A stretch of DNA of 64,000 nucleotides from Fimbriimonadales bacterium (GTDB lineage: Bacteria; Armatimonadota; Fimbriimonadia; Fimbriimonadales; JABRVX01). Of the stretch, positions 29,205 through 38,044 are shown piece after piece. Location: contig BTVI01000018.1 of NCBI GenBank assembly GCA_045862955.1, forward strand, positions 1-64,000, given 5' to 3'. The notes under the pieces were generated by a model. It was not told the DNA's origin and did no database searches. It worked only from the letters and a program-made list of their open reading frames with translations. Within the stretch, counting starts at the first letter, position 1, and each line of letters starts with the position of its first letter. The translations under genes and the position numbers were made by a program.

Positions 29205-30572
29205 ATGCCCTACAATCGCAGCACTGGCAGGATGGAGAGGGCAAGGAGTACCGGGCACGTTCCAATCGTGCAAAACGAACTCGTCCAGGAGCGACTGCGC
29301 AGTTTCCGGGTCTTACCCCAGGAGGTCCCCGTGGCGCTCGATCCCGAACTGCTGGTTGACGCTACTACTCTTGGCCCGGTGACTTCCACTCCCAAGTGGG
29401 TGATGTCTTTTGACGGCTCACCCCAGGAGATTGCTGCCAGGGAGCAGTACCCCAGCACCAGACTGGGCTATGTCCAGGTCGCCGGCGTACTTGTCCACCT
29501 TGAAGAACTGCTGGGGCAGGAGCGGGCGCCCTTGGTGGATCCTGCGGTCATTCGATCCGCGACGCACGAAGCCCTTCACTCAATGGCCTTGCCCGGGTCG
29601 AACGTCTGCCGACAAGACATGGCGACTGTCCGCGACTCTTGGCGGAGAGAGGTCTTCGAGATAATCCGTGACTACAAGGTTGAGGACATGCCGCTACTCG
29701 ACGTGTTCATGCTCCTTGTTCGACACAGCGACAAGGCCGCGAAGTGCGGCGTTGTCCTAGCACGGTGCCCGGCCCACGAGGCGTGCCGTGCGAGGGACAT
29801 AGTGGTTCCATTAGAAGGGACCAAGTGCCCGTCCTGCGGGGGTTATGTATTCCCCACTGATGCCCTTCGTCTCCACGAGGAGGTATCCGAGGAGCACAGC
29901 AACGCCACCGCGCTCGGGCGCCTGATGACCGTACTTGAGCACGTCATTCTGGTGTCGTACCTGCACTACCTTTTTCAACGACAGCCTCCGGTTCTGGGAT
30001 CAGTCGGTTTCGTACTCGATGGGCCGTTAGCTCTGTTTGGGCCCCAGGCATGGCTGCATAAGCCACTCCTCGCCTTTCTCAGTGCGCTTGAGACTTCGCT
30101 AGTGGCGAAGAATCTCGCCTGCCCGATAATCGTCGGGATAGAAAAGAGCGGGCAGTTCGCGGAGCACGCCGCGGCGATAGGGGGTCTGATTCCGGTAGGG
30201 AGACTAATGCGCCTTCCCGACGAGTATATCTACCGGCACATTCTGACGTTTCGGGCGCCGCCCGGCGCCCCGTTCGGTCGAGATACTTACTACGGACAGA
30301 AGTTCTTCTACAAGACCTCGCAGGCAAAGATGCTCACGATTACAATTCCCAAACGATCGTGTGGCGGTACACCTCCCGACGATCCCAACTGCTACCCTAT
30401 CCTGGCGAATTCGCTTGCTCTACTCGATCGGCTGGGAACGAGCCTGTACGAGGATGCCCTGATACCCGTGGCCCTCGCTCATAACTTCGCCTCTATCCCC
30501 CTTCGGACGGGTACGAAGGTCCTCACGCTTATGTCCCGAGAGGCCCTAGGCTTGTCAGGCGGACCGCGATGA
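29205..30572 (+). CDS. NurA-family nuclease with Cys-rich (Zn-finger-like) insertion
   Basis: SFDGS, VLDGPL, VGIEKSG, LIPVALAH motifs; CPAHEAC...CPSC insertion; GGAGG RBS just after the HerA stop. Confidence 0.8.
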   Translation: MPYNRSTGRMERARSTGHVPIVQNELVQERLRSFRVLPQEVPVALDPELLVDATTLGPVTSTPKWVMSFDGSPQEIAAREQYPSTRLGYVQVAGVLVHLEELLGQERAPLVDPAVIRSATHEALHSMALPGSNVCRQDMATVRDSWRREVFEIIRDYKVEDMPLLDVFMLLVRHSDKAAKCGVVLARCPAHEACRARDIVVPLEGTKCPSCGGYVFPTDALRLHEEVSEEHSNATALGRLMTVLEHVILVSYLHYLFQRQPPVLGSVGFVLDGPLALFGPQAWLHKPLLAFLSALETSLVAKNLACPIIVGIEKSGQFAEHAAAIGGLIPVGRLMRLPDEYIYRHILTFRAPPGAPFGRDTYYGQKFFYKTSQAKMLTITIPKRSCGGTPPDDPNCYPILANSLALLDRLGTSLYEDALIPVALAHNFASIPLRTGTKVLTLMSREALGLSGGPR

Positions 30573-30695
30573 GACCGATTGTGGCCGCGGGCGGGCCACC
30601 ACCCGGCTCGGTCCGCGTCGGAGTTGTCGCCAGCCTGACCCCGCGACCGGCTTTCGCCACTTCGAGGTTTGGTGGTCAAGGTGGCAGATGGCACA

Positions 30696-31217
30696 TCAGT
30701 ACTCGATCAGCGAGGCCACCTCGTAGCCGACCAGGTTCTGACGGCCGCGGAGGTCCGTCAGCTCCACCAAAAACAGGAACCCGGCGACCACGCCGCCCAG
30801 CCGCTCGACCAGGCGCGCGGAGGCCGCAGCCGTGCCGCCCGTCGCCAGCAGGTCGTCAATCACTACCACCCGCTGTCCGGCGGTCACGGCATCGGTGTGA
30901 ATCTCCACTGTGTTGGTGCCGTACTCCAGCGCATACTCCTCGGCGATCGTGTGGTACGGCAGCTTGCCCAGTTTCCGAACGGTCACGAAGGGCAGCCCGA
31001 GCTCGAGCGCGATTGGCACGCCGAGCAGGAACCCTCGCGACTCGATACCCAAGACCACGTCGGCCCTCAGCGCCTCGGCACGCTCGGAAAGCTCCACTAC
31101 CACCTGGCGCAAGGCCTGTGGGTTCTGAAACACCGGCGTGATGTCGCGAAACAGAATGCCGGGCTTGGGGAAGTCCGGAATGTCGCGAATCAGGTTTCTG
31201 GCAAGCAACTCGTCCAA
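30696..31217 (-). CDS. apt: Adenine phosphoribosyltransferase
   Basis: IRDIPDFPKPGILFRDIT, GIESRGF, YALEYG, VIDDLLATGGT; TTG start after GAGGGAG. Confidence 0.96.
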   Translation of the reverse strand: MDELLARNLIRDIPDFPKPGILFRDITPVFQNPQALRQVVVELSERAEALRADVVLGIESRGFLLGVPIALELGLPFVTVRKLGKLPYHTIAEEYALEYGTNTVEIHTDAVTAGQRVVVIDDLLATGGTAAASARLVERLGGVVAGFLFLVELTDLRGRQNLVGYEVASLIEY

Positions 31218-31353
31218 CTGTGTCTCCCTCGGGCCCAGCGCGGGGTGTCTCCAAAATAAGTGTGGCGAAAGCCGGCTCATTTCCGCAACCGAAAGGCACT
31301 GGGAGGTGAAACCCCGGCCCCTCCGGCCCGAGTCATTGGGTGGGAGGGTGCGA

Positions 31354-32457
31354 ATGAGCATATCGTGCATAGTGCAGGCACTTCTGGCTGCGATGGCAGC
31401 CGAAGGGCAGCAAGCAAGGCCGCTTTTCGAGTGCGGCTTCGACACGGAGGAAGAGGCTGCCGCCTGGCGCACCTTCCGCGAAACGGACAGGCTGCAGTGG
31501 CTCTCTCGCGCCGAGAGCGAGAAGGACGTGAAGAGCGGCGAGGGCTCCCTCTGCCTCTCCTTCACGCCGGGCAAGGGCACGTTTCCGGCTATCTTCCGAG
31601 ATCTGGAACTGAACGAGCCGGTCGGCGCAGTGGACCTTTGGGTGAAGGTGGACCGAACCACGCAGGTCATGGTCTCGCTGGTGGAAAGGGCCGAAGGAGA
31701 GAACGGCACCCCGCGCCGGGGCGAGGCCTTCAGCGTGCAGTTCCATGCGGACGGGGGCAAGTGGACCAGGGCCACCATCCCCCTATCCGACTTCGCGCGC
31801 GACCCGAGCTCGGCGCCAGGCGACTCTCGCCTCGATCCGGCAAAACTGGGAGGTATCGCGATCCTGGACGGTCTCGCCGTGTTCGCTTCCGCAGCCGAGA
31901 GTAGCGTCGAGTTCCTCGGCGATCACGCCAGCCCACAGCGCATCGTTCTCGACGAGTTCAGAGTGCTCGGGGTAAGCGATTCGGCCTCACCGCCTCGCCC
32001 AGCGGGCACGGTGGACAACTTCGATCGTAACTACCTGACTTGGGTGCCGCTGATAGGCGTGGACATCGAGAGGACCCCCATGCCGGGTGCCGCAAGCGGT
32101 TATGGCCTCACCGCTCGCTACACCCGATCTTCAGGCGTCATCCCTGCCGTGGTTAAGCCGATACAGCAACGTCTGTCCGGTTCCGAGCTGGGCCTTCTAG
32201 TACGGGCGAGCGGTCCCGTGCAGCTTCAGGTTGGCCTGGAAGACCAGGACGGCACCAAGTGGCACCGGAAGTTCACGGTCCGAAGCACGGAGGGCCAGAC
32301 CGTTTGGCTGCCTCTCAGCGGCTTCGAGACCTCGGAGGATAGCAAGTTCCGTGACCGCCCTGCGACCTTCGAGCGGCTGAAACAGATCAGCATCCTGGAC
32401 GGCACCAGCGACCCCGGCCCCGCCTGGTTCCAGATCGGCGACATCACCGTGCGATAG
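31354..32457 (+). CDS. Secreted protein with two CBM11/CIA30-like galactose-binding-fold domains
   Basis: Signal peptide; two similar units (W..ATIPLSDF...LDPAKL and VWLPLSGF...ERLKQI). Confidence 0.6.
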   Translation: MSISCIVQALLAAMAAEGQQARPLFECGFDTEEEAAAWRTFRETDRLQWLSRAESEKDVKSGEGSLCLSFTPGKGTFPAIFRDLELNEPVGAVDLWVKVDRTTQVMVSLVERAEGENGTPRRGEAFSVQFHADGGKWTRATIPLSDFARDPSSAPGDSRLDPAKLGGIAILDGLAVFASAAESSVEFLGDHASPQRIVLDEFRVLGVSDSASPPRPAGTVDNFDRNYLTWVPLIGVDIERTPMPGAASGYGLTARYTRSSGVIPAVVKPIQQRLSGSELGLLVRASGPVQLQVGLEDQDGTKWHRKFTVRSTEGQTVWLPLSGFETSEDSKFRDRPATFERLKQISILDGTSDPGPAWFQIGDITVR

Positions 32458-32572
32458 CCGAAGCCACGGGACCCCTGCGCTCCCTCACGTGCAAGAACCG
32501 CCCCGCAAGATGCCGGAGGGACCGAGGACGGGTATCTACCTGCTACCCGTGAACGAGTATGCTTAGGCCGCT

Positions 32573-33592
32573 ATGAGCGACTTCGTGGACCTACGCAGCG
32601 ATACCGTCACCCGACCCACGCCGGAGATGCGCCAGGCGATGTTCGACGCCGAAGTGGGCGACGACGTGTTCTCGGACGACCCCACCGTAAACCGCCTGCA
32701 AGAGATGGCCGCAAGGATCATGGGCAAGGAAGCCGGACTGTTCGTTCCCACCGGCTCTATGGGCAACCAGGTGGCCGTGCGGACGCACACCAAGCCGGGA
32801 GATGCCATCATCCTGGACGAGGACTGCCACATCCTGCACTACGAGGTGGGCGCACCTGCCGTGCTCTCGCAGGTGATCACGGAAACGGTGCCTAGCGTGC
32901 GGGGGATCATGGACATCCAGGCCGTCGCGCCACGATTCCGTAAGCAGACCACGCACACGCCCGGCACTACGCTCCTCTGCCTGGAGAACACTCACAACCG
33001 AGCGGGCGGCACCATTACGCCGCTGTCGCACATGCAGGAGCTCTCGCGTCTGGCGCGCGAGCACGGAGCCGCCGTGCATCTGGACGGCGCGCGCATCTTC
33101 AACGCCTCGGTGGCCACCGGGGTGCCCGCCCGCGAGTATGCGGCTTGCGCCGATTCGGTCATGTTCTGCTTCTCCAAGGGCCTTTCGTGCCCAGTGGGCT
33201 CGATGCTGGTAGGGTCTGCGGAGTTCATCTCCCGGGCACACCGCTGGCGGAAGCTGTTCGGCGGCGGCATGCGCCAAGCAGGCGTGCTGGCGGCTTGCGG
33301 CATCGTGGCGCTGGAAACGATGATCGACCGACTTGCAGAGGACCACCGCCGCGCTCGCTTGCTGGCGGAATCGCTGACGGAAGTTCCCGGGCTGACGGTG
33401 GACATGGAAGCCGTTCAGACCAACATGGTCTTCGCGCTGACCGAGCGTCCCGCCGCCGAAGTGCAGGAGCGAATGCGAGAGCGTGGCGTCCTGCTGCTGC
33501 CGGTAGGCGCCAACCGCATCCGCATGGTGCTGCACAAAGACGTGGACGACGAGGGCCTGGCCCGCGCCATCTCCGCCTTCCGCGCCGGGTGA
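32573..33592 (+). CDS. ltaE: Low-specificity L-threonine aldolase
   Basis: DLRSDTVTRPT, LENTHN, HLDGARIFNA, CFSKGL, GGGMRQAG. Confidence 0.95.
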   Translation: MSDFVDLRSDTVTRPTPEMRQAMFDAEVGDDVFSDDPTVNRLQEMAARIMGKEAGLFVPTGSMGNQVAVRTHTKPGDAIILDEDCHILHYEVGAPAVLSQVITETVPSVRGIMDIQAVAPRFRKQTTHTPGTTLLCLENTHNRAGGTITPLSHMQELSRLAREHGAAVHLDGARIFNASVATGVPAREYAACADSVMFCFSKGLSCPVGSMLVGSAEFISRAHRWRKLFGGGMRQAGVLAACGIVALETMIDRLAEDHRRARLLAESLTEVPGLTVDMEAVQTNMVFALTERPAAEVQERMRERGVLLLPVGANRIRMVLHKDVDDEGLARAISAFRAG

Positions 33593-33883
33593 TGCGGCAT
33601 GGCTCGCGAGCCGTCCCTCCCGGAGTGCAGCCCTGCCAGCCCAGAGCCCTGGCGGTGTGCCAGAACGATGGATGAGGCTTGCGTGGTATGACCTTCCGAT
33701 CCCGGGGCCGCTGTGTGAGATGTGGCGCACCGCAGCTCTGTGTTGGGATGGATGAACCCGTTGCGTCCGGCATGAGCAGCTTGCGACCGGGAGGGAGAAT
33801 AGGCCTAAAAACCTAGCAGCCATGTGCGGGCGCTGACAGGGAAGTGAGAGATGTTGAGAATGGGCAGTGGAGGTCGTGTAGGC

Positions 33884-34178
33884 ATGCAACTTCGCCACGA
33901 GGCGCTCGTCTGCTTCTCGCTGCTGTTGACGTGCGCTACGTTCGCACCCGCGCAATAGACCCTTGCTCCAAGACCAACCGACCTCGGGAAAGACCCGTTT
34001 GTGGGACTGCTACGAATGTAGGAAGGGCCAGTGGGTTCGGTGTGGTAACAAGGTTCTAATGTGGTTTACGTACGAAGAGACGTATGACCCGAGTTTCTTC
34101 TGCTATGTTCCTGGCTTCTCCTGCGGGACCCGGCAAGTGCGGAGGCAGGTCTACCGTAGTGGATGCTGTCTTCCTTAG
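33884..34178 (+). pseudogene. Internally deleted paralog of the Cys-rich secreted protein at 35688
   Basis: Signal peptide MQLRHEALVCFSLLLTCATFAPAQ, then TAG (33956-33958), then TLAPRPTDLGKDPF (compare SLEPQGGDLPKSPL). This joins out of frame near 33999 to LWDCYECRKGQWVRCGN...SGCC. Confidence 0.75.
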
Positions 34179-34187
34179 CCAATCGGT

Positions 34188-35029
34188 GTGAGGCCAATGA
34201 AGCCAATGAAAATGAGTAGGAGTGCGCGCTACGTCGTTCTAGGTCTGTCCTACACGGGGGCGGCATTGGCTACGTGCCTGGTGCTCGGGGGCTGTAACTT
34301 GCTGGGCTCTCAGAGCACTCGGGAGGTCCGTGGCATTCTCGTAGAACCCGGCACTGAGATTCTGTTCGAGCTTAGTCGGCCTATAGATCCGAGGTCCGTA
34401 TCGGAGCGACACACGCTTCGCTGGCCGGAATTGGACGCGGAAGTGGAATGGATACCACCCACGCCCCCTTCCGACGGGAAGTATCCCGGGGGAGGTGGCA
34501 GGTGGAAGGGTACGGGCGTGGTATGGGCCAGCAACACGCACGTCTTGTACGTCGCCCCAGACACGGCATCTGGCCCGTCCGACCTGCTTCAGCTAGAGCC
34601 CGCAGATTATCCCAAGTGGCGCGCAGAAGAGAATCTTTGGACATTCGAGTTCTCGGGGGGGACGACGAACTCATCATGAGGCGTGTCGGATTTCGCGAGC
34701 TCAGAGATGTTGGTAGGGAGTGGCTTGGGACAGGCGATGTTCGAGTAAGAGTGGTGGCGACCCGCAGCCGCGAAGAGGCGGGCAAAGATCGCCCTCTGCC
34801 GCCAGGTGCCTTCGATCTGGTTACGGGCGACGAGTACGAGAATGGAAGGCTGGTCAAGAAGGGTGGCAACCGGTTGTACCTCCCCCCGGGCAAACCGATC
34901 GAAGGAGCACCCTGGGTGCTTCCGGCCAAGGAACCGAATCGAGGCACTCGGTGCGCCCCCTCTTCCCGAGAGCAGCCTCGAAAAGACAAGCAGCCGCCCG
35001 TTGAGGCGTCATGGTATGGCCAGGGCTGA
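34188..35029 (+). pseudogene. Lipoprotein paralog of 36731-37639, frameshifted at a G7 tract (34655-34661)
   Basis: Lipobox-like LGGC; LVEPGTEILFELSRPI in the first frame and VRVRVVATRSREEAGKDRPLPPGA in another; both match the intact paralog. Confidence 0.7.
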
Positions 35030-35068
35030 CGAAGGTTATGACGCCAGTAGTCAGGAACGGTCCCTAGC

Positions 35069-35384
35069 GTGGACACCAAACGCCGCTCGGCGGCCGTTTT
35101 GACGAGCGCGATCGGGATAGTTCTTGGGGCTTGCGCGCGAGCCCGTGTCCAGCGTGATGACCTGCTCTCGGCCCGCGAGCTAGACGAAATGGCCTCGCTC
35201 CATGAGAAGGTTTGGGCGCGGAGGGTGCCACTGCTCCCTGACCCGAATGAGGCGACGGGTTAGAGTGACGCAGTCGGTCCAGGTCATAGGACGAAGTGCA
35301 GCCGAGCACCACGGCGCCTTTAGGTTGCTGGTGGCGCATGGAACTGAGATCCTCTTCGGAGCAAACTGTGCCATTCCGCTCTAA
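35069..35384 (+). pseudogene. Truncated third paralog of 36731-37639
   Basis: EKVWARRVPLLPDPNE*, then LLVAHGTEILFGANCAIPL* in another frame. Confidence 0.65.
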
Positions 35385-35538
35385 GATGCCTGCTACAACG
35401 AGCTGTGTTCGGGGCTAAAGCCGTCTGGCGAAGTTCGCTGATTGCTGCAGGCGCATCGAAGCATGATGCAGATCTCCGTGCGCCGGCCCGCGTCCGCCTG
35501 GCTCCGCCCAGAGAACGCCCACCGCGGACCCAAGGACC

Positions 35539-35587
35539 GCGCCGGGGCCTCCTTCGGCCCTCCTCATGCCGTACTATCGAAGCCTGC
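35539..35587 (+). repeat. 49-bp dispersed repeat (copy A)
   Basis: 41/49 identical to 37786-37834; its upstream flank resembles positions 21-81. Confidence 0.7.
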
Positions 35588-35632
35588 GAAGACAGGAGTT
35601 GGGTCTAAAGACCCAATTGCCTTTTGCATCCC

Positions 35633-35659
35633 TTGACTTTTGCTGGGGGGGCGTACGAT
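35633..35659 (+). promoter_or_regulatory. Possible sigma-70 promoter with G7 tract in a 15-bp spacer
   Basis: TTGACT (35633-35638) - N15 - TACGAT (35654-35659). Confidence 0.4.
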
Positions 35660-35687
35660 GTAAGGGGAAACTTGGTGAGGTGTAGGC

Positions 35688-36692
35688 GTGAAAGCTCTCA
35701 CAAAGTACACTATAACCGCGTCACTAGCGCTTGCTTGTGCTACGGTGGTCGCGAGCGCGCAGCAGTCTCTCGAGCCGCAAGGGGGCGACCTTCCTAAATC
35801 CCCCCTGCTCGCCAGCCGGGTGAGCGAACTGCCGCCTCCGCTGGTAGTGTATCCGGGAGAGACCATAGTTCTTAGGACCGACAGGCCGCATGACCCGGGA
35901 TTCTACGGTTGGGTTCCAATGGATCCTCCCAAGACTGGAGACCCCGACGTTCAGTGGATAGAGTACGGGGAATGGAAGGAGGGCTATTGGCGCGCCTTCG
36001 GCGGCACGCTCGTAAGCGCCGACGAAAGAACGGTAGTGTTCCAAGCCCCGATCGAGGCAGGTCTCGCATTCCTGGAATGGAGCGATGGAGGCCATGAGCC
36101 CATTTGCTTAGCTTTCGTCGTGCCAGGTAGCGATATCGAATGGGACACTGAGGTCGAGCTTCCGACGGAACAGCTTGATGGCCTCGACGGCTCGTATCTG
36201 CCGTCTGCGGGAGGGAGTTCGTTCCGTGTTTTCGCAGTCCATCCTTGCGGTACGGATTTGCAGAATGATCGCCCGTGCGGGGAGGGGTTCGCGTATGCGG
36301 AGAATCTGCGTCTCGTTCCGGGAAAGCGACCTAATCCGGGATGCCAGGCAGGCGAACGCACCTCCGTTCACAACTCGAAGGAATTCTCGCTTCCTCCGAC
36401 TAGTGAATATGCGGGGAAGGTTTCGATACGCGGCGTCGAGGTAGTCGTCAATCGCATAAAGATCCTGAGTCATCGGCTTGAACTGTGGGACTGCTACGAA
36501 TGCAGAGATGGCGTGTGGAAATGGTGTGGTAACAGAGCAAAGGACTGGTGGAGGGTGTACATCACATACTCTCCAGAAATTGCCCGATCAGTGGCTTGTG
36601 CAATCTTTAGGGATTGCGGTTGGACGGACTATGGCTTTCAGGATCGCGCGTCCGGATGCTGCAAAGGCTGGACACAGCGGGTTCCGAGGTAA
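35688..36692 (+). CDS. Secreted hypothetical protein with Cys-rich C-terminal domain
   Basis: Signal peptide; C-terminal WDCYECRDGVWKWCGN...C...C...SGCC. Confidence 0.75.
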   Translation: MKALTKYTITASLALACATVVASAQQSLEPQGGDLPKSPLLASRVSELPPPLVVYPGETIVLRTDRPHDPGFYGWVPMDPPKTGDPDVQWIEYGEWKEGYWRAFGGTLVSADERTVVFQAPIEAGLAFLEWSDGGHEPICLAFVVPGSDIEWDTEVELPTEQLDGLDGSYLPSAGGSSFRVFAVHPCGTDLQNDRPCGEGFAYAENLRLVPGKRPNPGCQAGERTSVHNSKEFSLPPTSEYAGKVSIRGVEVVVNRIKILSHRLELWDCYECRDGVWKWCGNRAKDWWRVYITYSPEIARSVACAIFRDCGWTDYGFQDRASGCCKGWTQRVPR

Positions 36693-36730
36693 CGGGAGGC
36701 CCCCGCTTTGGGGCAGAACGGAGGAGAGTA

Positions 36731-37639
36731 ATGGTGCAAGAAGGCAAGAATGGGTTGACAACTAGTTCCAAACGCTGGTGGTTCGCAGGTTTCTGTGCGA
36801 TCGCGGTCGTTGTCGGCACCTACGTGCTAGCCCGTGCACCGCAAGATCGCGAAGATTTGGCCTTCGTTGGCTCCGTCAGCGAGAAGGTCAGGGCGCGGAT
36901 GTTGTCGTTGCTGCCCGACCCGAACGAGACGGCGAGCTGCACAGACGAAGTCGTTCGAGGGCACAGGATAAAGTGCAGCCGAACGCCACGCGGCACATGC
37001 ACGCTGCTAGTGCCGCCGGGTACTGAAATCCTCTTCGAGCTAAATCGTGCCATCCCGCCCTATGATGCGTTTTTGGTTGAGGTCTCTTCGGAGCTGGAAC
37101 GGCAGGCTTCCGAACTCCGCTGGGTGCCGCCGCCACCGCAACCGGTCGTGGTAGGGTCTAGCGGACAGTGGGGGGGCGACGGGCTCGTTTGGGCTACCGA
37201 TAAGTACATCTTGTACGTCGCCTCGGATCACCCTGGGAATCACGATACCCTTAGCCTATGGGAACCTGCAGGCATACGAGGTACTCACGGATTTCGCTTG
37301 ACCATTGTTAGCTCTGGCAAAGGAGTACCCGGCACACGCTTGACCGACGTACCGAAAGATAGCTGGTGGGGATTGGGAAGCGGTTTGCGCCTTCGCGTAG
37401 TTCGAACGCGTTCTGCTGAGGAATTGGGCGAGAACCGCCTTCTGCCGCCCGGCGCTGTCGAAATGCAAGGCCACAACCTTTCCGACGGGGGAAGTTACCC
37501 TTTGTACCGACTTCCCGGAAGACCACTCTCCAGCCGACCTGATCTGGCTCAGATGACAGAGCATCAACGGCAAGTGTGGCAGGCTGAAGCGCAAGAAATG
37601 GTCCGGCAGTACTTGAGGGAGGCCAATGTAGGAAAGTAA
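36731..37639 (+). CDS. Membrane-anchored hypothetical protein
   Basis: GAGGAG RBS, N-terminal TM segment, two paralogous remnants upstream. Confidence 0.75.
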   Translation: MVQEGKNGLTTSSKRWWFAGFCAIAVVVGTYVLARAPQDREDLAFVGSVSEKVRARMLSLLPDPNETASCTDEVVRGHRIKCSRTPRGTCTLLVPPGTEILFELNRAIPPYDAFLVEVSSELERQASELRWVPPPPQPVVVGSSGQWGGDGLVWATDKYILYVASDHPGNHDTLSLWEPAGIRGTHGFRLTIVSSGKGVPGTRLTDVPKDSWWGLGSGLRLRVVRTRSAEELGENRLLPPGAVEMQGHNLSDGGSYPLYRLPGRPLSSRPDLAQMTEHQRQVWQAEAQEMVRQYLREANVGK

Positions 37640-37785
37640 GTCGAGTGCCCGCATTGTGGTGTGGGTACGCGGACACTTCCAGTTTGTCGCTTGCTGTAGG
37701 TGGTGCCGTACCTGGGCATAACTCGAGGCTGGATGCCCACATTCGCATGCGCCAAATCGCACCTACGCAATGAGAACCGGAGGAG

Positions 37786-37834
37786 GCGCCGGGGCGTCCT
37801 CCGGCTTTCTACATGCCATACTATGGAAGCCTGC
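37786..37834 (+). repeat. 49-bp dispersed repeat (copy B)
   Basis: 41/49 identical to 35539-35587. Confidence 0.7.
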
Positions 37835-37878
37835 CAGCGCCGTCGAGAAGATTCCTCGACTTTTTTCGCCCAGCGACC

Positions 37879-37906
37879 TAAAGAGCCGAGAGAGCCGCGC
37901 CGATAA
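37879..37906 (+). promoter_or_regulatory. Sigma-28 (FliA) promoter
   Basis: TAAA (37879-37882) - N16 - GCCGATAA (37899-37906), upstream of flgM. Confidence 0.85.
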
Positions 37907-37931
37907 TGCGATTAGAGACCGTTGGCTTCTT

Positions 37932-38007
37932 GACAGTCAAAGGCAAACCCGTAGCGATGCGGGGACGCAAAGCCAAGGATCCCAAGTGGACAGCCTGGTT
38001 GCCTGTC
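37932..38007 (+). promoter_or_regulatory. Cyclic di-GMP-I (GEMM) riboswitch
   Basis: GGCAAACCCGTA-GCGA-TGCGGGGACGCAAAGCC...GACAGCCTGGTTGCC, with a GNRA tetraloop and closing GACAG/CTGTC. Confidence 0.88.
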
Positions 38008-38044
38008 TGGGACTTCGGTGACGAACCCATGAGGAGGGTCACGA

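Noticed and set aside
26058..30588. Possible att-like direct repeats flanking the MTase-HerA-NurA operon (GAGACGATTGGACCGC vs GAGACCGATTGTGGCCGC)
   Set aside because: Short and gapped, with no integrase or tRNA nearby; not distinguishable from chance.
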